51,925 nt of DNA from Bacilli bacterium. Lineage in GTDB: Bacteria; Bacillota_I; Bacilli_A; RF39; UBA660. Within the stretch, counting starts at the first letter, position 1. Each line of letters begins with the position of its first letter. Made by a program: the position numbers and the translations under genes. Below are positions 38,502 through 48,887 of the stretch, piece by piece. The stretch spans positions 1 through 51,925 of the forward strand of contig JAQVNR010000001.1 in assembly GCA_028703035.1 (NCBI GenBank). The letters are read 5' to 3'. Below the pieces are notes generated by a model that saw only the letters and a list, made by a program, of their open reading frames with translations, searched no databases and was not told where the DNA came from.

Positions 38502-39367
38502 TGGAGAAAAAGACTATCATTACAATAATTCTAGCACTTTTATCAGTATTTATATTAGGTTTGATTTTATGTTATGTTTATAAACTAGAATCAGAGATTA
38601 TATTTACAGCAACTGTTAAAGAAGTAAACCAATCTAACTATATTATTACTCCTGAATCAGAAGATTTACCAAACTTAATTAGTATTGAGCTAGATAAAGA
38701 ATATAATGTTGGTGATCTTATTGAAATTAAAGCATCTAATATGATGCTAGAAACTTACCCAGTTACGATGAAAGCTATATCTCATAAATTAATTAAAAAA
38801 AATGCTATAGAAACTGATGCAACTACTACTGAAATTATCAAGCCACCTGAATCTTTTGGAGAAGAGGAAAATATTATAGAAAATGATATTGTTCAAATAG
38901 AAGAAGCAATAATCAGTGATTTTTCTAATTATATAAATGCGGTTAACAATTATGAAACAAATCCTGATTCTAAAACTAGGGCTAAGAATCATTTTATTAA
39001 AGTGGTAGATTTTATTTTTTATGATACTGAGATATCCGGTTATAAATTTATGGATTTGACAAATAAAGGTAAACTTAAAGTAATAAAACTTGCTCTTGAA
39101 TTAGATAATGTTATTAATAATAAATTTCCAAATTATAAAAGTGAACTAGAGGCAAAATACATAAACATGAAAGGTAAACTTGTTTCTTTATATTTAGACA
39201 AAACATATGAATTATGTCAAAATAATGATTTAGTTTGTAGTGAAGCTAAAGCTAATTTTTTAGTTTTAAAGAAAAACTTAAACCTTACTTGGTCATTTAT
39301 TACTAGTATTGGTGAAAAAAGTGTAAAGGAACTTCAAAATTGGTATGAAATCTTTAGTGGAAAATAA
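38501..39367 (+). CDS. Membrane-anchored hypothetical protein
   Basis: N-terminal TM helix; start overlaps the der stop (TAATG). Confidence 0.5.
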   Translation: MEKKTIITIILALLSVFILGLILCYVYKLESEIIFTATVKEVNQSNYIITPESEDLPNLISIELDKEYNVGDLIEIKASNMMLETYPVTMKAISHKLIKKNAIETDATTTEIIKPPESFGEEENIIENDIVQIEEAIISDFSNYINAVNNYETNPDSKTRAKNHFIKVVDFIFYDTEISGYKFMDLTNKGKLKVIKLALELDNVINNKFPNYKSELEAKYINMKGKLVSLYLDKTYELCQNNDLVCSEAKANFLVLKKNLNLTWSFITSIGEKSVKELQNWYEIFSGK

Positions 39368-39986
39368 AATATATTTAAATAACCAAGAATATATTTATAT
39401 AATAACTAGGAAGAAAATAAAAAATATTTATTTTCGGGTTAAAGAAGATTTGAAAATTCATGTAAGTGCTAATCAATTAATAAGTACTAGTAAAATAGAA
39501 AAATTATTACAAGAAAATACTAAAACTATTGAAAAATTTTACTTAAATCAAATAAATAAAATTGATGATGATATTAAATTTTTAGGCAATTCTTTAAATT
39601 ATATATATCAAAATAGTAGCCCATATCTAGATAATAATAATATATTTGGAAGGTCCAAAGAAGAGTGTCAAGAATATATTTACACCCTAGCGCCTAATAT
39701 ATTTACTAGTAGATTAAATCAAATAAGACAGCAGTTTACTGATTTACCAGAATTTACTTTAAAAGTGCGGAAGATGAAAAGTAAATGGGGAGTATGTAAT
39801 AAAAATAGTATGAGTATTACCTTAAATACTGTGCTTATTACTAAAGATATTCATTTAATTGATTATGTTATAATTCATGAATTATGTCATTTTAAACATA
39901 TGAATCACTCAAAGGAATACTGGGATTATGTTTCAAAATTTTATCCCTATTATAAAAAAGCTAGAAAGGAACTTATTTATTTATGA
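39345..39986 (+). CDS. YgjP-like (DUF45/M48-type) metal-dependent hydrolase
   Basis: HELCHFKHMNHSKEYW HExxH motif near the C-terminus. Confidence 0.7.
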   Translation: MKSLVENKIYLNNQEYIYIITRKKIKNIYFRVKEDLKIHVSANQLISTSKIEKLLQENTKTIEKFYLNQINKIDDDIKFLGNSLNYIYQNSSPYLDNNNIFGRSKEECQEYIYTLAPNIFTSRLNQIRQQFTDLPEFTLKVRKMKSKWGVCNKNSMSITLNTVLITKDIHLIDYVIIHELCHFKHMNHSKEYWDYVSKFYPYYKKARKELIYL

Positions 39987-40705
39987 TTGAATCACTCCAA
40001 AACGATAAAATAAAAAAGTATACGAAATTAAATGATAAAAAATATCGTGATGAGACGAATATGTTTATTGCCCCAGGCAAGCATTTAGTTAATGAAGCTT
40101 TGAAAAGGGGTATAGTTGTGGAAGTATTTTTACTTTTTGGTGAGGCAAATATTTATGGAGAAGTAACTTTTACTAATAGTGAAGTTTTAAAAAAATTATC
40201 GCACCTAACAAGCGCTCCTAAAGTTTTAGCAATCTGTAAAAAAATAACCCCCGCCGAAATCAAAGGTAATATTCTTATTTTAGATAATATCAGTGACCCC
40301 GGTAATTTAGGAACAATTATTAGATCCGCTATCTGCTTTAACTATGAAACACTTATATTAAGCCCTAATACAGTTGATGTTTATAACCCTAAAGTAATAA
40401 GAGCAACTGAAGGAATGCTTTTTAATATAAATGTAATAATTAAAGACATCTTAGAAGTAATTCCTATTTTAAAAAAAGATAATTATTTAATTTACAGCAC
40501 TGATTTAAAAAAAGAAAGTAATGAAATACTTAAGACTAAACACGCTTTAATTATTGGAAGTGAAGCAAATGGAATCAAACCGGAAATATTAAAACTTTGC
40601 CACAAAAATATTAAAATAAAAATGAACCCCAAATGTGAAAGTTTAAATGCAGCAGTAGCAGCTAGTATTTTAATGCATAAATTAAATGGAGGCGAAGTTT
40701 TATAA
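39983..40705 (+). CDS. TrmH/SpoU-family RNA 2'-O-methyltransferase
   Basis: DNISDPGNLGTIIRSA, IIGSEANGI, SLNAAVAASI SPOUT motifs. Confidence 0.85.
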   Translation: MIESLQNDKIKKYTKLNDKKYRDETNMFIAPGKHLVNEALKRGIVVEVFLLFGEANIYGEVTFTNSEVLKKLSHLTSAPKVLAICKKITPAEIKGNILILDNISDPGNLGTIIRSAICFNYETLILSPNTVDVYNPKVIRATEGMLFNINVIIKDILEVIPILKKDNYLIYSTDLKKESNEILKTKHALIIGSEANGIKPEILKLCHKNIKIKMNPKCESLNAAVAASILMHKLNGGEVL

Positions 40706-41448
40706 AACTTAATGATTTAAATATTAGTTATTTAAAAATAGGACGGGGAAAAGATAACGTCTTATTTTTGCATGGATGGGGATGTACTAAAGAAATATAT
40801 CAGCAAAACATTAATTATATATCTCAGTTTATGACAGTCTATGCTTTAGACTTTCCCGGTTTTGGAAAAAGTGATGAACCAACTTATGTTTGGAGTATTG
40901 ATGATTATGTTGATTTAGTAATTCAGTTTATTAATACTTTAGACATTAAAAAAATATCCCTTATTGGTCATTCATTTGGAGGTAAAGTAATTATTAAACT
41001 AGTAAATAGAAAAGATTTAAATTTTAAAATAGACAAAATAGTTTTAATTAGTTCGGCAGGAATTAAACATGATAGAAAACCAACATTTAGACAAAAAATA
41101 TATAAAATAGTTTTTCCGATTGTAAAAAAAATATCCCTCAAATTATTAAATAAAATAAAAACTAAAGTTGGTTCAACTGATTACCGCTGCGCAACACCTA
41201 TGATGAGAGATATCTTAGTTAAACACATCCATGAAGATCTTAAAGATTTACTTCCGAGCATTAATAAACCGACCCTTATTATTTGGGGAGAAAAAGATGA
41301 AGCTGTTCCTTATAGTGATGCATTATATATGGCGCAGCATATTAAAGATTCAGGGATTGTTAATTTAGAAAATAGTGGGCATTTTCCATTTTTAGATAAT
41401 CCATATTTAATAAATAAAGTTTTAGAATCATTTCTAAAAAAAGATTGA
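40702..41448 (+). CDS. Alpha/beta hydrolase; probable non-canonical ATA start (track start TTG 40768)
   Basis: VLFLHGWG, GHSFGG nucleophile elbow, GEKDE, SGHFPF; frame open from 40681; GGAGG at 40688-40692. Confidence 0.7.
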   Translation: MKLNDLNISYLKIGRGKDNVLFLHGWGCTKEIYQQNINYISQFMTVYALDFPGFGKSDEPTYVWSIDDYVDLVIQFINTLDIKKISLIGHSFGGKVIIKLVNRKDLNFKIDKIVLISSAGIKHDRKPTFRQKIYKIVFPIVKKISLKLLNKIKTKVGSTDYRCATPMMRDILVKHIHEDLKDLLPSINKPTLIIWGEKDEAVPYSDALYMAQHIKDSGIVNLENSGHFPFLDNPYLINKVLESFLKKD

Positions 41449-41456
41449 GAGGTATT

Positions 41457-42992
41457 ATGTTATATTTAATTTTATGGCTTATCAATAACTTTCTATTATT
41501 AAAATACAACTTACATATATTTCAGCAAAATTATTATATGCCTGATACTCAGCTTAAATGGCTTATTAAAAATAGATATAAATTCTTATTAATATTCTTA
41601 ATTAATATTATGCAAATTTATTTAATTATAATAAATAATAAATTTAGCTTAATTATTATTTTAATTTTTTTAATAATTAATATTTATTTAAGTATCGAAA
41701 AGAATATTATTAAACAAATAGTATTTACTAGGAGAATTAAAAGGTTATATTTAACTAACTATTTATTATTAATTATTGTTTATTTATTAGTTAAAGATCT
41801 AAATAAATATTTAGTAATTTTATTTATTATTAATTCACTTTCAACTATTTATATGATTATTCTTAACTATTTAAATATTCCTATTAATAATTTAATTAAT
41901 TTATATTATATAAATGATGCGAAAAAGATTTTAAAAAAGATGCCAAACTTAAAGATTATAGCAATTACTGGCTCATATGGTAAAACTAGTACTAAAAATC
42001 ATTTAGATGCTATGCTATCTAGTAAATATAATACTTTAATTACTCCCAGCAATTTTAATACAAGACTTGGGATTACTAGAACAATCAGAGAGTATTTAAA
42101 ACCCACTCATGAAGTATTTATTTGTGAAATAGGAATAGATAGAGTAGGTCAAATAGAAAAGATTATTAAACTAATAAATCCAGATTACGCTGTAGTAACA
42201 GCTATAGGTCCCCAACACCTGGAAACATTTAAATCAATTGAAAATATTACTAATTCTAAAATGCAACTAGTCAATCTTTTAAAAACAGAAGGGACTTCCT
42301 TTTTAAATTTAGATAATGAATATATAAATAATTATGCATTTAATAAACAAAAAGTAATTGGTTATGGACTAAAAAACAGTCTAAATAATAAACTTAAAAT
42401 AAATAATGTTCATTATCCAGAATTTATTTTAACTAAAGATAAAATAAATTATGAAGTAAAAGCAAATTTATTAGGTGAACATAATTTAATAAATTTATAT
42501 GGGGCTATAACAATAGCTGATCACTTTGATGTTCCAATCAAAAATATTATAAATGAAATAAAGAAAATAAAAAATGCAGATCATCGTTTAAACTTAATTT
42601 CGGGAACTGACTTTAGTATAATTGATGACTCTTATAATTCTAATCCAGTAGGTGCAAAAAGCGCATTAAAAGCATTAAATGAGTTTAATGGTCTAAAGAT
42701 TTTAATTACCCCTGGAATGGTTGAACTGGGTAAAAGACAAGCCCAAGAAAACTATCAGTTTGGTTTATTTGCAGCCAGCATTTGTGATTATATTTATTTA
42801 ATTAATAAAGTGCAAACTAAAGATATTTATCAAGCTTTAAAAGATGCTAAATTTGATTTAACCAAAGTTAAAATTTATGAAAAATTTACAGAAGCCATGG
42901 AAGAGGCAAAAAAGCAGGGAGTAAAGCTTCATAAATATATATTAATAGAAAATGATTTACCTGATAATTACCAGGTTGGGAGGATAAAATGA
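41457..42992 (+). CDS. murF: UDP-MurNAc-tripeptide--D-Ala-D-Ala ligase (MurF) with hydrophobic N-terminal extension
   Basis: ITGSYGKTSTK P-loop, Mur ligase middle and C-terminal domains (DDSYNSNP); ATG 41457 after GAGAGGT. Confidence 0.8.
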   Translation: MLYLILWLINNFLLLKYNLHIFQQNYYMPDTQLKWLIKNRYKFLLIFLINIMQIYLIIINNKFSLIIILIFLIINIYLSIEKNIIKQIVFTRRIKRLYLTNYLLLIIVYLLVKDLNKYLVILFIINSLSTIYMIILNYLNIPINNLINLYYINDAKKILKKMPNLKIIAITGSYGKTSTKNHLDAMLSSKYNTLITPSNFNTRLGITRTIREYLKPTHEVFICEIGIDRVGQIEKIIKLINPDYAVVTAIGPQHLETFKSIENITNSKMQLVNLLKTEGTSFLNLDNEYINNYAFNKQKVIGYGLKNSLNNKLKINNVHYPEFILTKDKINYEVKANLLGEHNLINLYGAITIADHFDVPIKNIINEIKKIKNADHRLNLISGTDFSIIDDSYNSNPVGAKSALKALNEFNGLKILITPGMVELGKRQAQENYQFGLFAASICDYIYLINKVQTKDIYQALKDAKFDLTKVKIYEKFTEAMEEAKKQGVKLHKYILIENDLPDNYQVGRIK

Positions 42993-44164
42993 AATTAAAA
43001 ATAGGAGTTATATTTGGAGGCAAAAGTGTTGAACATGAAGTATCAATTATATCAGCTATTCAAGCCATAAACTTTTTTGATCAAGATAAATATGATATTG
43101 TCCCTATTTATTTAACTAAAAACAATGAGATGTATGTTGGAGAAAATATAGGAAGTTTATCCCATTATAAAAATATTAAAGACTTGCTAAATAAAAGCAC
43201 TAGAGTTATTATGATCAATAATAATGAAAAAATAGAACTATATTCTTTTCCTTTAAAAAAACTAAAAACTAATTATTATGACTATATTGATTTAGCTTTT
43301 CCAATAGTCCATGGTACTAATGTTGAAGATGGTAATCTGCAAGGATATTTAAAAACTTTAAATATCCCATTTGTTGGATGCAGTGTTTTATCATCGGCAA
43401 TCTGCATGAATAAATATGCAGCTAAAACAATGTTAAAAGAAGCAGGACTACCAGTCTTAGAATCACTTGTTATAAATAATTATGACTATATTGATGATAA
43501 CAAAAATATATTAAAGAAAATAAAAGATCAATACTCTTATCCAGTTATTATTAAACCGATTGACTTAGGGTCAAGTGTGGGTATTAATATTGCTAAAACA
43601 GATGAAGAAGCTCTTGATGCTTTAGATCTTGCATTTACCTTTGCAAAAGAGGTTATTATTGAAAGAGCAATTACTAATTTAAAAGAAGTTAACTGCTCTG
43701 TAGTAGGGGATTTAGAAGAGTGTGAGTCATCAGTTTGTGAAGAGCCTCTTAATACTAAAGAAAATATCTTATCATATGAAGATAAATATTTATCAAAAAA
43801 TAGTGGTAAAGGTATGGCATCACTTGGCAGAAAGATTCCCGCTGATATTTCAATAGAAACTGAAAAAAACATTAGAAAATATGCTGAAGAAACCTTTAAA
43901 ACTTTAAACTGCATCAGCATAGTTAGAATAGATTTTATGATTGATTTGGATGCTGATAATATTTATGTTAATGAAGTAAATACTATTCCTGGCTCTCTTT
44001 CATTTTATTTATGGGACGCTAGTGGAATGAGCTATAAAGAACTTCTTACTAAACTTATTAATCTTGCTCTAAAAAAAGAAAGAGAAGAAAAAAATATTAC
44101 TTATAAATTTGATACTAATATTTTAAAAAATTTTAATGATAGTAATAAAAATGGTAAATTGTAA
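42989..44164 (+). CDS. ddl: D-alanine--D-alanine ligase
   Basis: FGGKSVEHEVS, ATP-grasp motifs, EVNTIPG; ATGA overlap with murF. Confidence 0.92.
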   Translation: MKLKIGVIFGGKSVEHEVSIISAIQAINFFDQDKYDIVPIYLTKNNEMYVGENIGSLSHYKNIKDLLNKSTRVIMINNNEKIELYSFPLKKLKTNYYDYIDLAFPIVHGTNVEDGNLQGYLKTLNIPFVGCSVLSSAICMNKYAAKTMLKEAGLPVLESLVINNYDYIDDNKNILKKIKDQYSYPVIIKPIDLGSSVGINIAKTDEEALDALDLAFTFAKEVIIERAITNLKEVNCSVVGDLEECESSVCEEPLNTKENILSYEDKYLSKNSGKGMASLGRKIPADISIETEKNIRKYAEETFKTLNCISIVRIDFMIDLDADNIYVNEVNTIPGSLSFYLWDASGMSYKELLTKLINLALKKEREEKNITYKFDTNILKNFNDSNKNGKL

Positions 44165-44235
44165 AATTTGTCATTTTTAAATTAATATACAAGTATCTAC
44201 TTTTCATGATATGATATCTATAGGAAGTGCTAGCA

Positions 44236-44946
44236 GTGAAAGATACGAATTTTTTAAAAACAAATTTATTTGTTAATAAAGGTATATATGATAATCAAAT
44301 AACTTATGAAAATACTATAGAAAGCTTTAAAGAAGCTATTAAAAATAAATATTCAATTATTTTAAGTGTTAATCTTACTAAAGATAATATTATTATAGTT
44401 TATTATGATAATGATTTAACAAGACTTATGAACTTAAAAGATAAGATTAATTCGATAACTTATGAAGAACTTAATTATTTATGTTCTTATCATGTTCCAA
44501 CATTAGAAGAAACACTAAAGCTTATAAATGGTGAAACAGAAATAATTTTAGATATTAGAACAACTAGTCATAAATATTATCTAGAAAAAATCCTAGCATT
44601 TTATCTAGATAATTATCAAGGTTCATTTGGAATTTTAAGTAAATTTGCTAAATCAATAAATTGGTTTAATAAAAATAGACCAAACTTTATAGTAGGTGAA
44701 GTTTTAACTAAAAAAAGTAATTTATCACTTAATAATATAATAGCTAATTGTTGTATTCATACTGATTTTAAAAGTATAAATATTAATTATTATGATATAT
44801 ATAAAATAAAAAAAATCAAAGAAGATTCTCTAGTATTAGGTTATTTAATAGATGATCAAGAAAAATACTTAGTTTATAAAGATATTTTTGATAACTTATT
44901 TATTGATAATGTTTATGAACTTCAGATGACAGAAGAAATATTATAA
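44236..44946 (+). CDS. Glycerophosphodiester phosphodiesterase-like protein with substituted catalytic residues
   Basis: GDPD-like ENTIESFKEAI...TKDNIIIVYYDNDLTRL, but NKG replaces HRG; GTG 44236 (alternative GTG 44227). Confidence 0.5.
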   Translation: MKDTNFLKTNLFVNKGIYDNQITYENTIESFKEAIKNKYSIILSVNLTKDNIIIVYYDNDLTRLMNLKDKINSITYEELNYLCSYHVPTLEETLKLINGETEIILDIRTTSHKYYLEKILAFYLDNYQGSFGILSKFAKSINWFNKNRPNFIVGEVLTKKSNLSLNNIIANCCIHTDFKSININYYDIYKIKKIKEDSLVLGYLIDDQEKYLVYKDIFDNLFIDNVYELQMTEEIL

Positions 44947-45031
44947 ATTATTTAGCTACTCACATTTCTTGCAACAACTAAAAATCAAAGTATATTTAAT
45001 AAGAAACTTGCGAAAAACGTTTAAGCAAACA

Positions 45032-45072
45032 ATGCTCTCGTCCACCTTCTCGGGAGCATCTATTATTTTTTT
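45032..45072 (+). terminator. Rho-independent terminator
   Basis: ATGCTCTCG / CGGGAGCAT stem, 10-nt loop, T-run at 45065-45072. Confidence 0.55.
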
Positions 45073-45111
45073 AAATTTTTAATAATATAATAATTTTAGG
45101 ATGCAAGTAAG

Positions 45112-46052
45112 ATGCAAAAAACTGAAACTTTAGAGTTTAAAAGAGAAGTTACTGATAGTTTAGTAAAAGAAATAATTGCTTTTTGTAATACAAAAGGTGG
45201 AACTATTATTATTGGTTATGAAGATGATGAAACTATCTGTGGAGTTGCCTACGCGCGAAAAAGAACTTGATGAAATAAGCAATATGATTCACAATAATAT
45301 TGAACCGGATATTAGTTTTTTAATATCGCAAACAATAAAAAAAGAAAAAGAAATATCATTTGGCAGAAGAGAACAAAAAACTTTAGGATTGATTAATGAA
45401 AAAGAAATGTATACAAATTTAGGTTTATTACTTTCAGATCAGTGTCCATATACTATTAAAATGGCGGTATATCCTAATGATACAAAAGTCGAGTTTCTTA
45501 GAACAGTTAGAAGAAGCAGAAAAATATTTAAAATTAAATAATAAGATAGCCGGAAAAATTGTTAACTTTGAAAGAATTGATAAATTAGATTATCCAAATG
45601 AGGTACTAAGAGAGTGTTTATTAAACTGTATTGGACATAGAAATTATGAAATACCTGGTAGTACTTTAGTTCATATATTTAAAACCAGTATTGAGTTTTT
45701 AAGTTTGGGAGGACTAGTTAAAGGTTTAACAATAGAAGATATAAAATTAGGAAGTTCTTCTTCTAGAAATCCAAAATTAGTAAGCATCCTTCATAGACTG
45801 GGATTGGTTGAGGCTTATGGTAGTGGAATTCCAAGAATCATTGAATTTTATAAGAAACAAATTAATCAACCAGAAATAAAAGTAGCTCCAAATAGTTTCT
45901 TATTAAAAATCCCAAAATTAAATTCTAATAAAAATTATGATCTTGTTATTAATTATTTAAATAAAAATAAAACTGCAACTAGAGATGATATCGAAAAAGT
46001 TTTGAAAGTTAAAAAAACAACTGCGGGTGAGATATTAAAAGAAAAAGGCTAA
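45112..46052 (+). pseudogene. Frameshifted AlbA_2/RecG-like putative DNA-binding regulator
   Basis: MQKTETLEFKREV...AFCNTKGGTIIIG (AlbA_2) stops early; continues in other frames (45176.., 45477..) to a C-terminal HTH-like part. Confidence 0.6.
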
Positions 46053-46699
46053 CAAACAAAGCCTTTTTCTTTTAATGGACCTTTACTAGTATTAACAATG
46101 TTAAAGCCATCATCACTTATTAAAACGCTGTTTTTAAGATAATATTTACTATCTTCAGTCTTGCAAGTATCATCATAAGTAAAATAAGTTATTTCTAAAT
46201 CATTAAGTGAATATTCAAGGGTATTATTAAACTTGGTTTTATCAAGCTTATTTAAATTATTATCATATAAAGATAAAGTATTAATTTCAGTTTCAATATT
46301 TAAAATATCTTCAATAAGTAAAAACTTACTATTTATAATTCTCAAACTAACAAATTTTTTTAAATTAATAGTTTTATCAACTTTACCAGTAAATACTAAG
46401 TTATGAGTAATTAAATCATCTTGGGTATTAGATTCTAACTTTATATTAATATCATCATCTTCAAAAACCACCGTATTACAGTCATCTTTATCACAAATAT
46501 CATTAAACATAATAAGTTTATTGATTTTTTTTACCTCTACTTCTTTAGTAGTAGTTATAGTAGTTGTAGTACTACTTTTATTATCACTTTTTTCAAGTCC
46601 TTTGCTGTAAGCAATATAACTGATAAGTACCATAATAATAATTAGTAAAATTGCTACGAGTAATCCATAATTATTTTGTCTTTCTCTTATCTTAACCAT
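46049..46699 (-). CDS. Membrane-anchored hypothetical protein
   Basis: N-terminal TM helix then Thr-rich linker; no motifs. Confidence 0.5.
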   Translation of the reverse strand: MVKIRERQNNYGLLVAILLIIIMVLISYIAYSKGLEKSDNKSSTTTTITTTKEVEVKKINKLIMFNDICDKDDCNTVVFEDDDINIKLESNTQDDLITHNLVFTGKVDKTINLKKFVSLRIINSKFLLIEDILNIETEINTLSLYDNNLNKLDKTKFNNTLEYSLNDLEITYFTYDDTCKTEDSKYYLKNSVLISDDGFNIVNTSKGPLKEKGFVC

Positions 46700-46831
46700 T
46701 TCCTTTCATTTTAGTACTGCTAACTAATTTTATTAAATAATTTAAAAAATATGCTTAAAAGTTAGAGCAAAAGTGTTAAATGAAAACGAGCAATTTTGTT
46801 AAGTATGTTATTATCTTTTTAAGGAGCACGT

Positions 46832-47649
46832 ATGGAAAATTATAAAAAAAGAATAGTTGATAAAGTTTTGAAAGAAAAATTAGAGACAACTGGCGCTGTA
46901 GTAATAAAAGGTCCAAAATGGTGCGGGAAAACTACAACCGGTTTACACTCTGGTGTAGGAAGATTTTCATTTCAGAAATGAAAACTATGACTCTTTTTGA
47001 AAGTGGAGATTCAACTGGGAGTATATCTCTTAAAGATAGTTGATGGGAAAGCAAAGCCATCTTCTCTTACTAAAAGTAGAAAATTAGCATTAAACGTTGT
47101 AAAAGAATATATAACCGGTTTATGTGAATCAGATATTATGAAACTAGATGGTACTATTATGGTGATGTAAGTCGCCAAACTGTAATGAGGTATATTAAGG
47201 CTTTTAAAAGATTATATGTAATAGAAGAAATACCTTCTTGGAATCCGAACCTAAGGTCAAAAACAGGTAGATTGCTCACCCGAGGAACTAGCTCTTGATC
47301 CAAAAACATTTGGTTTTATTTTTGAAAATTTAGTTATTGAGATTTAAGTGTTTATGTTAATATAATAGGAGGTTATATTAAACACTATCGAGATCGTTAT
47401 GGTTTAGAGTGTAATCATGTACTTCACTTTTATAATGGAAAACATGCTTTAGTTCAAACAAAATTAAGTACTTATAATCTTGAAGAAGGTATTAATAATT
47501 TAAGAAATTTAATAATTAAAAACAATTTAAATAAAAATAATAAAAAAATAAAAGAACCAGATATACTAATGGTTATTACTGGTTCAGATACTGCGTTTAC
47601 AACTGAAGATGGTATTTTAATAGTACCTATCGGTTGTTTAAAAGGTTAA
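46832..47649 (+). pseudogene. Degraded DUF4143-type ATPase gene (multiple frameshifts and deletions)
   Basis: MENYKKRIVDKVLKEKLETTGAVVIKGPKWCGKTTT then stops; later pieces (MTLFESGDSTGSISL..., HYRDRYGLECNHVLHF...) lie in other frames. Confidence 0.65.
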
Positions 47650-47705
47650 AATAGACAAAGTCTCTTAAATTTAGTACAATTTACTAAAGGAAAGAGGCTT
47701 TCTTT

Positions 47706-48197
47706 ATGGAAAAAATTTTAATTGGAACAATTACCGGAGCTTTTGGACTTAAAGGAGAACTTAAAGTATTAAGTGATTTTGAAATGCCTGATAAGGCATT
47801 TAAAATAAATAATCAAATATATTTAAATGATGAAAAATATCTCATTACAAATGTTAGATTTCATAAAAATAAATATTTAATTCAAATAGACAATATAAAA
47901 GATATTAATTTACTAAAAGACTATCGAAATTATAAAGTATATATTAAATATTCAAATTTAAATTTAAAACCTGATGAATATTTATTAAAGGATTTAATAA
48001 ACTTAGATGTTTATAATAATGAAGAATTAATAGGTAAAGTAACTAAAGTATTAAATGATAAAAATAATCCTTTAATAAATATTAACAATAAATTTTATAT
48101 ACCTTTAAAAAGTAATTTTATTACTAATATAAATATAAATGATAAAAAAATAACTGGTAATAATTTGGAGGAACTTTATGAAAATAACAATACTTAG
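47706..48197 (+). CDS. rimM: 16S rRNA processing protein RimM
   Basis: ILIGTITGAFGLKGELKV; position upstream of trmD. Confidence 0.85.
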   Translation: MEKILIGTITGAFGLKGELKVLSDFEMPDKAFKINNQIYLNDEKYLITNVRFHKNKYLIQIDNIKDINLLKDYRNYKVYIKYSNLNLKPDEYLLKDLINLDVYNNEELIGKVTKVLNDKNNPLININNKFYIPLKSNFITNININDKKITGNNLEELYENNNT

Positions 48198-48885
48198 TTT
48201 ATTTCCAGAAATGTTTAGTGGCTTTATAAATGAATCAATTATTAAAAGAGTGATTGATAAAAACTTAGTTGAAATAGAAATAATTAACTTTAGAGACTAC
48301 TCACCACTTAACCATAAACAAGTAGATGATACACCATATGGTGGTGGATCAGGAATGGTTTTAAGATGTGAACCAATCTTTGAGTGTTTAGATAAAATTA
48401 AAACAAAAGAATCATATATCGTAATAATGTGTCCAACAGGAAATACTTATAATCAAGAAAAAGCCAGAAATTTATCACTTAAAAAACATTTAATTATTAT
48501 CTGTGGTCATTATGAAGGATTTGATGAAAGAATAAAATCCTTAGCTGATGAAATAATTAGTATTGGCGATTATATTTTAACAGGAGGAGAAATACCAGCT
48601 ATGGTAGTAGCTGACAGCGTAATTAGGCTTCTTGATGGAGCAATAAATTCTGGTAGTTTAGATAATGAATCATTTAATGATAATCTTTTAGATTATCCAG
48701 TCTATACTAAACCTGCTAACTATCGAGGATTAAAAGTACCAGAAGTACTAATATCAGGAGACCATAAAAAAATAGCTGAATACAGAGAATCTGAGCAACT
48801 TAGAATAACTAAGGAAAGAAGACCAGATTTAATTAATAACCTACGAACTATTCACAAAAATAACATGAAATATAGGGGGAAATAA
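48178..48885 (+). CDS. trmD: tRNA (guanine37-N1)-methyltransferase
   Basis: ILSLFPEMF, DDTPYGGGSGMVL, CGHYEGFDERI, GDYILTGGE. Confidence 0.93.
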   Translation: MKITILSLFPEMFSGFINESIIKRVIDKNLVEIEIINFRDYSPLNHKQVDDTPYGGGSGMVLRCEPIFECLDKIKTKESYIVIMCPTGNTYNQEKARNLSLKKHLIIICGHYEGFDERIKSLADEIISIGDYILTGGEIPAMVVADSVIRLLDGAINSGSLDNESFNDNLLDYPVYTKPANYRGLKVPEVLISGDHKKIAEYRESEQLRITKERRPDLINNLRTIHKNNMKYRGK

Positions 48886-48887
48886 GA

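Noticed and set aside
45176-46052. ORFs 45176..45541 and 45477..46052 as two independent genes
   Set aside because: They overlap in different frames and continue an AlbA_2-domain ORF that starts at 45112 and stops prematurely. A single frameshifted pseudogene explains them better.
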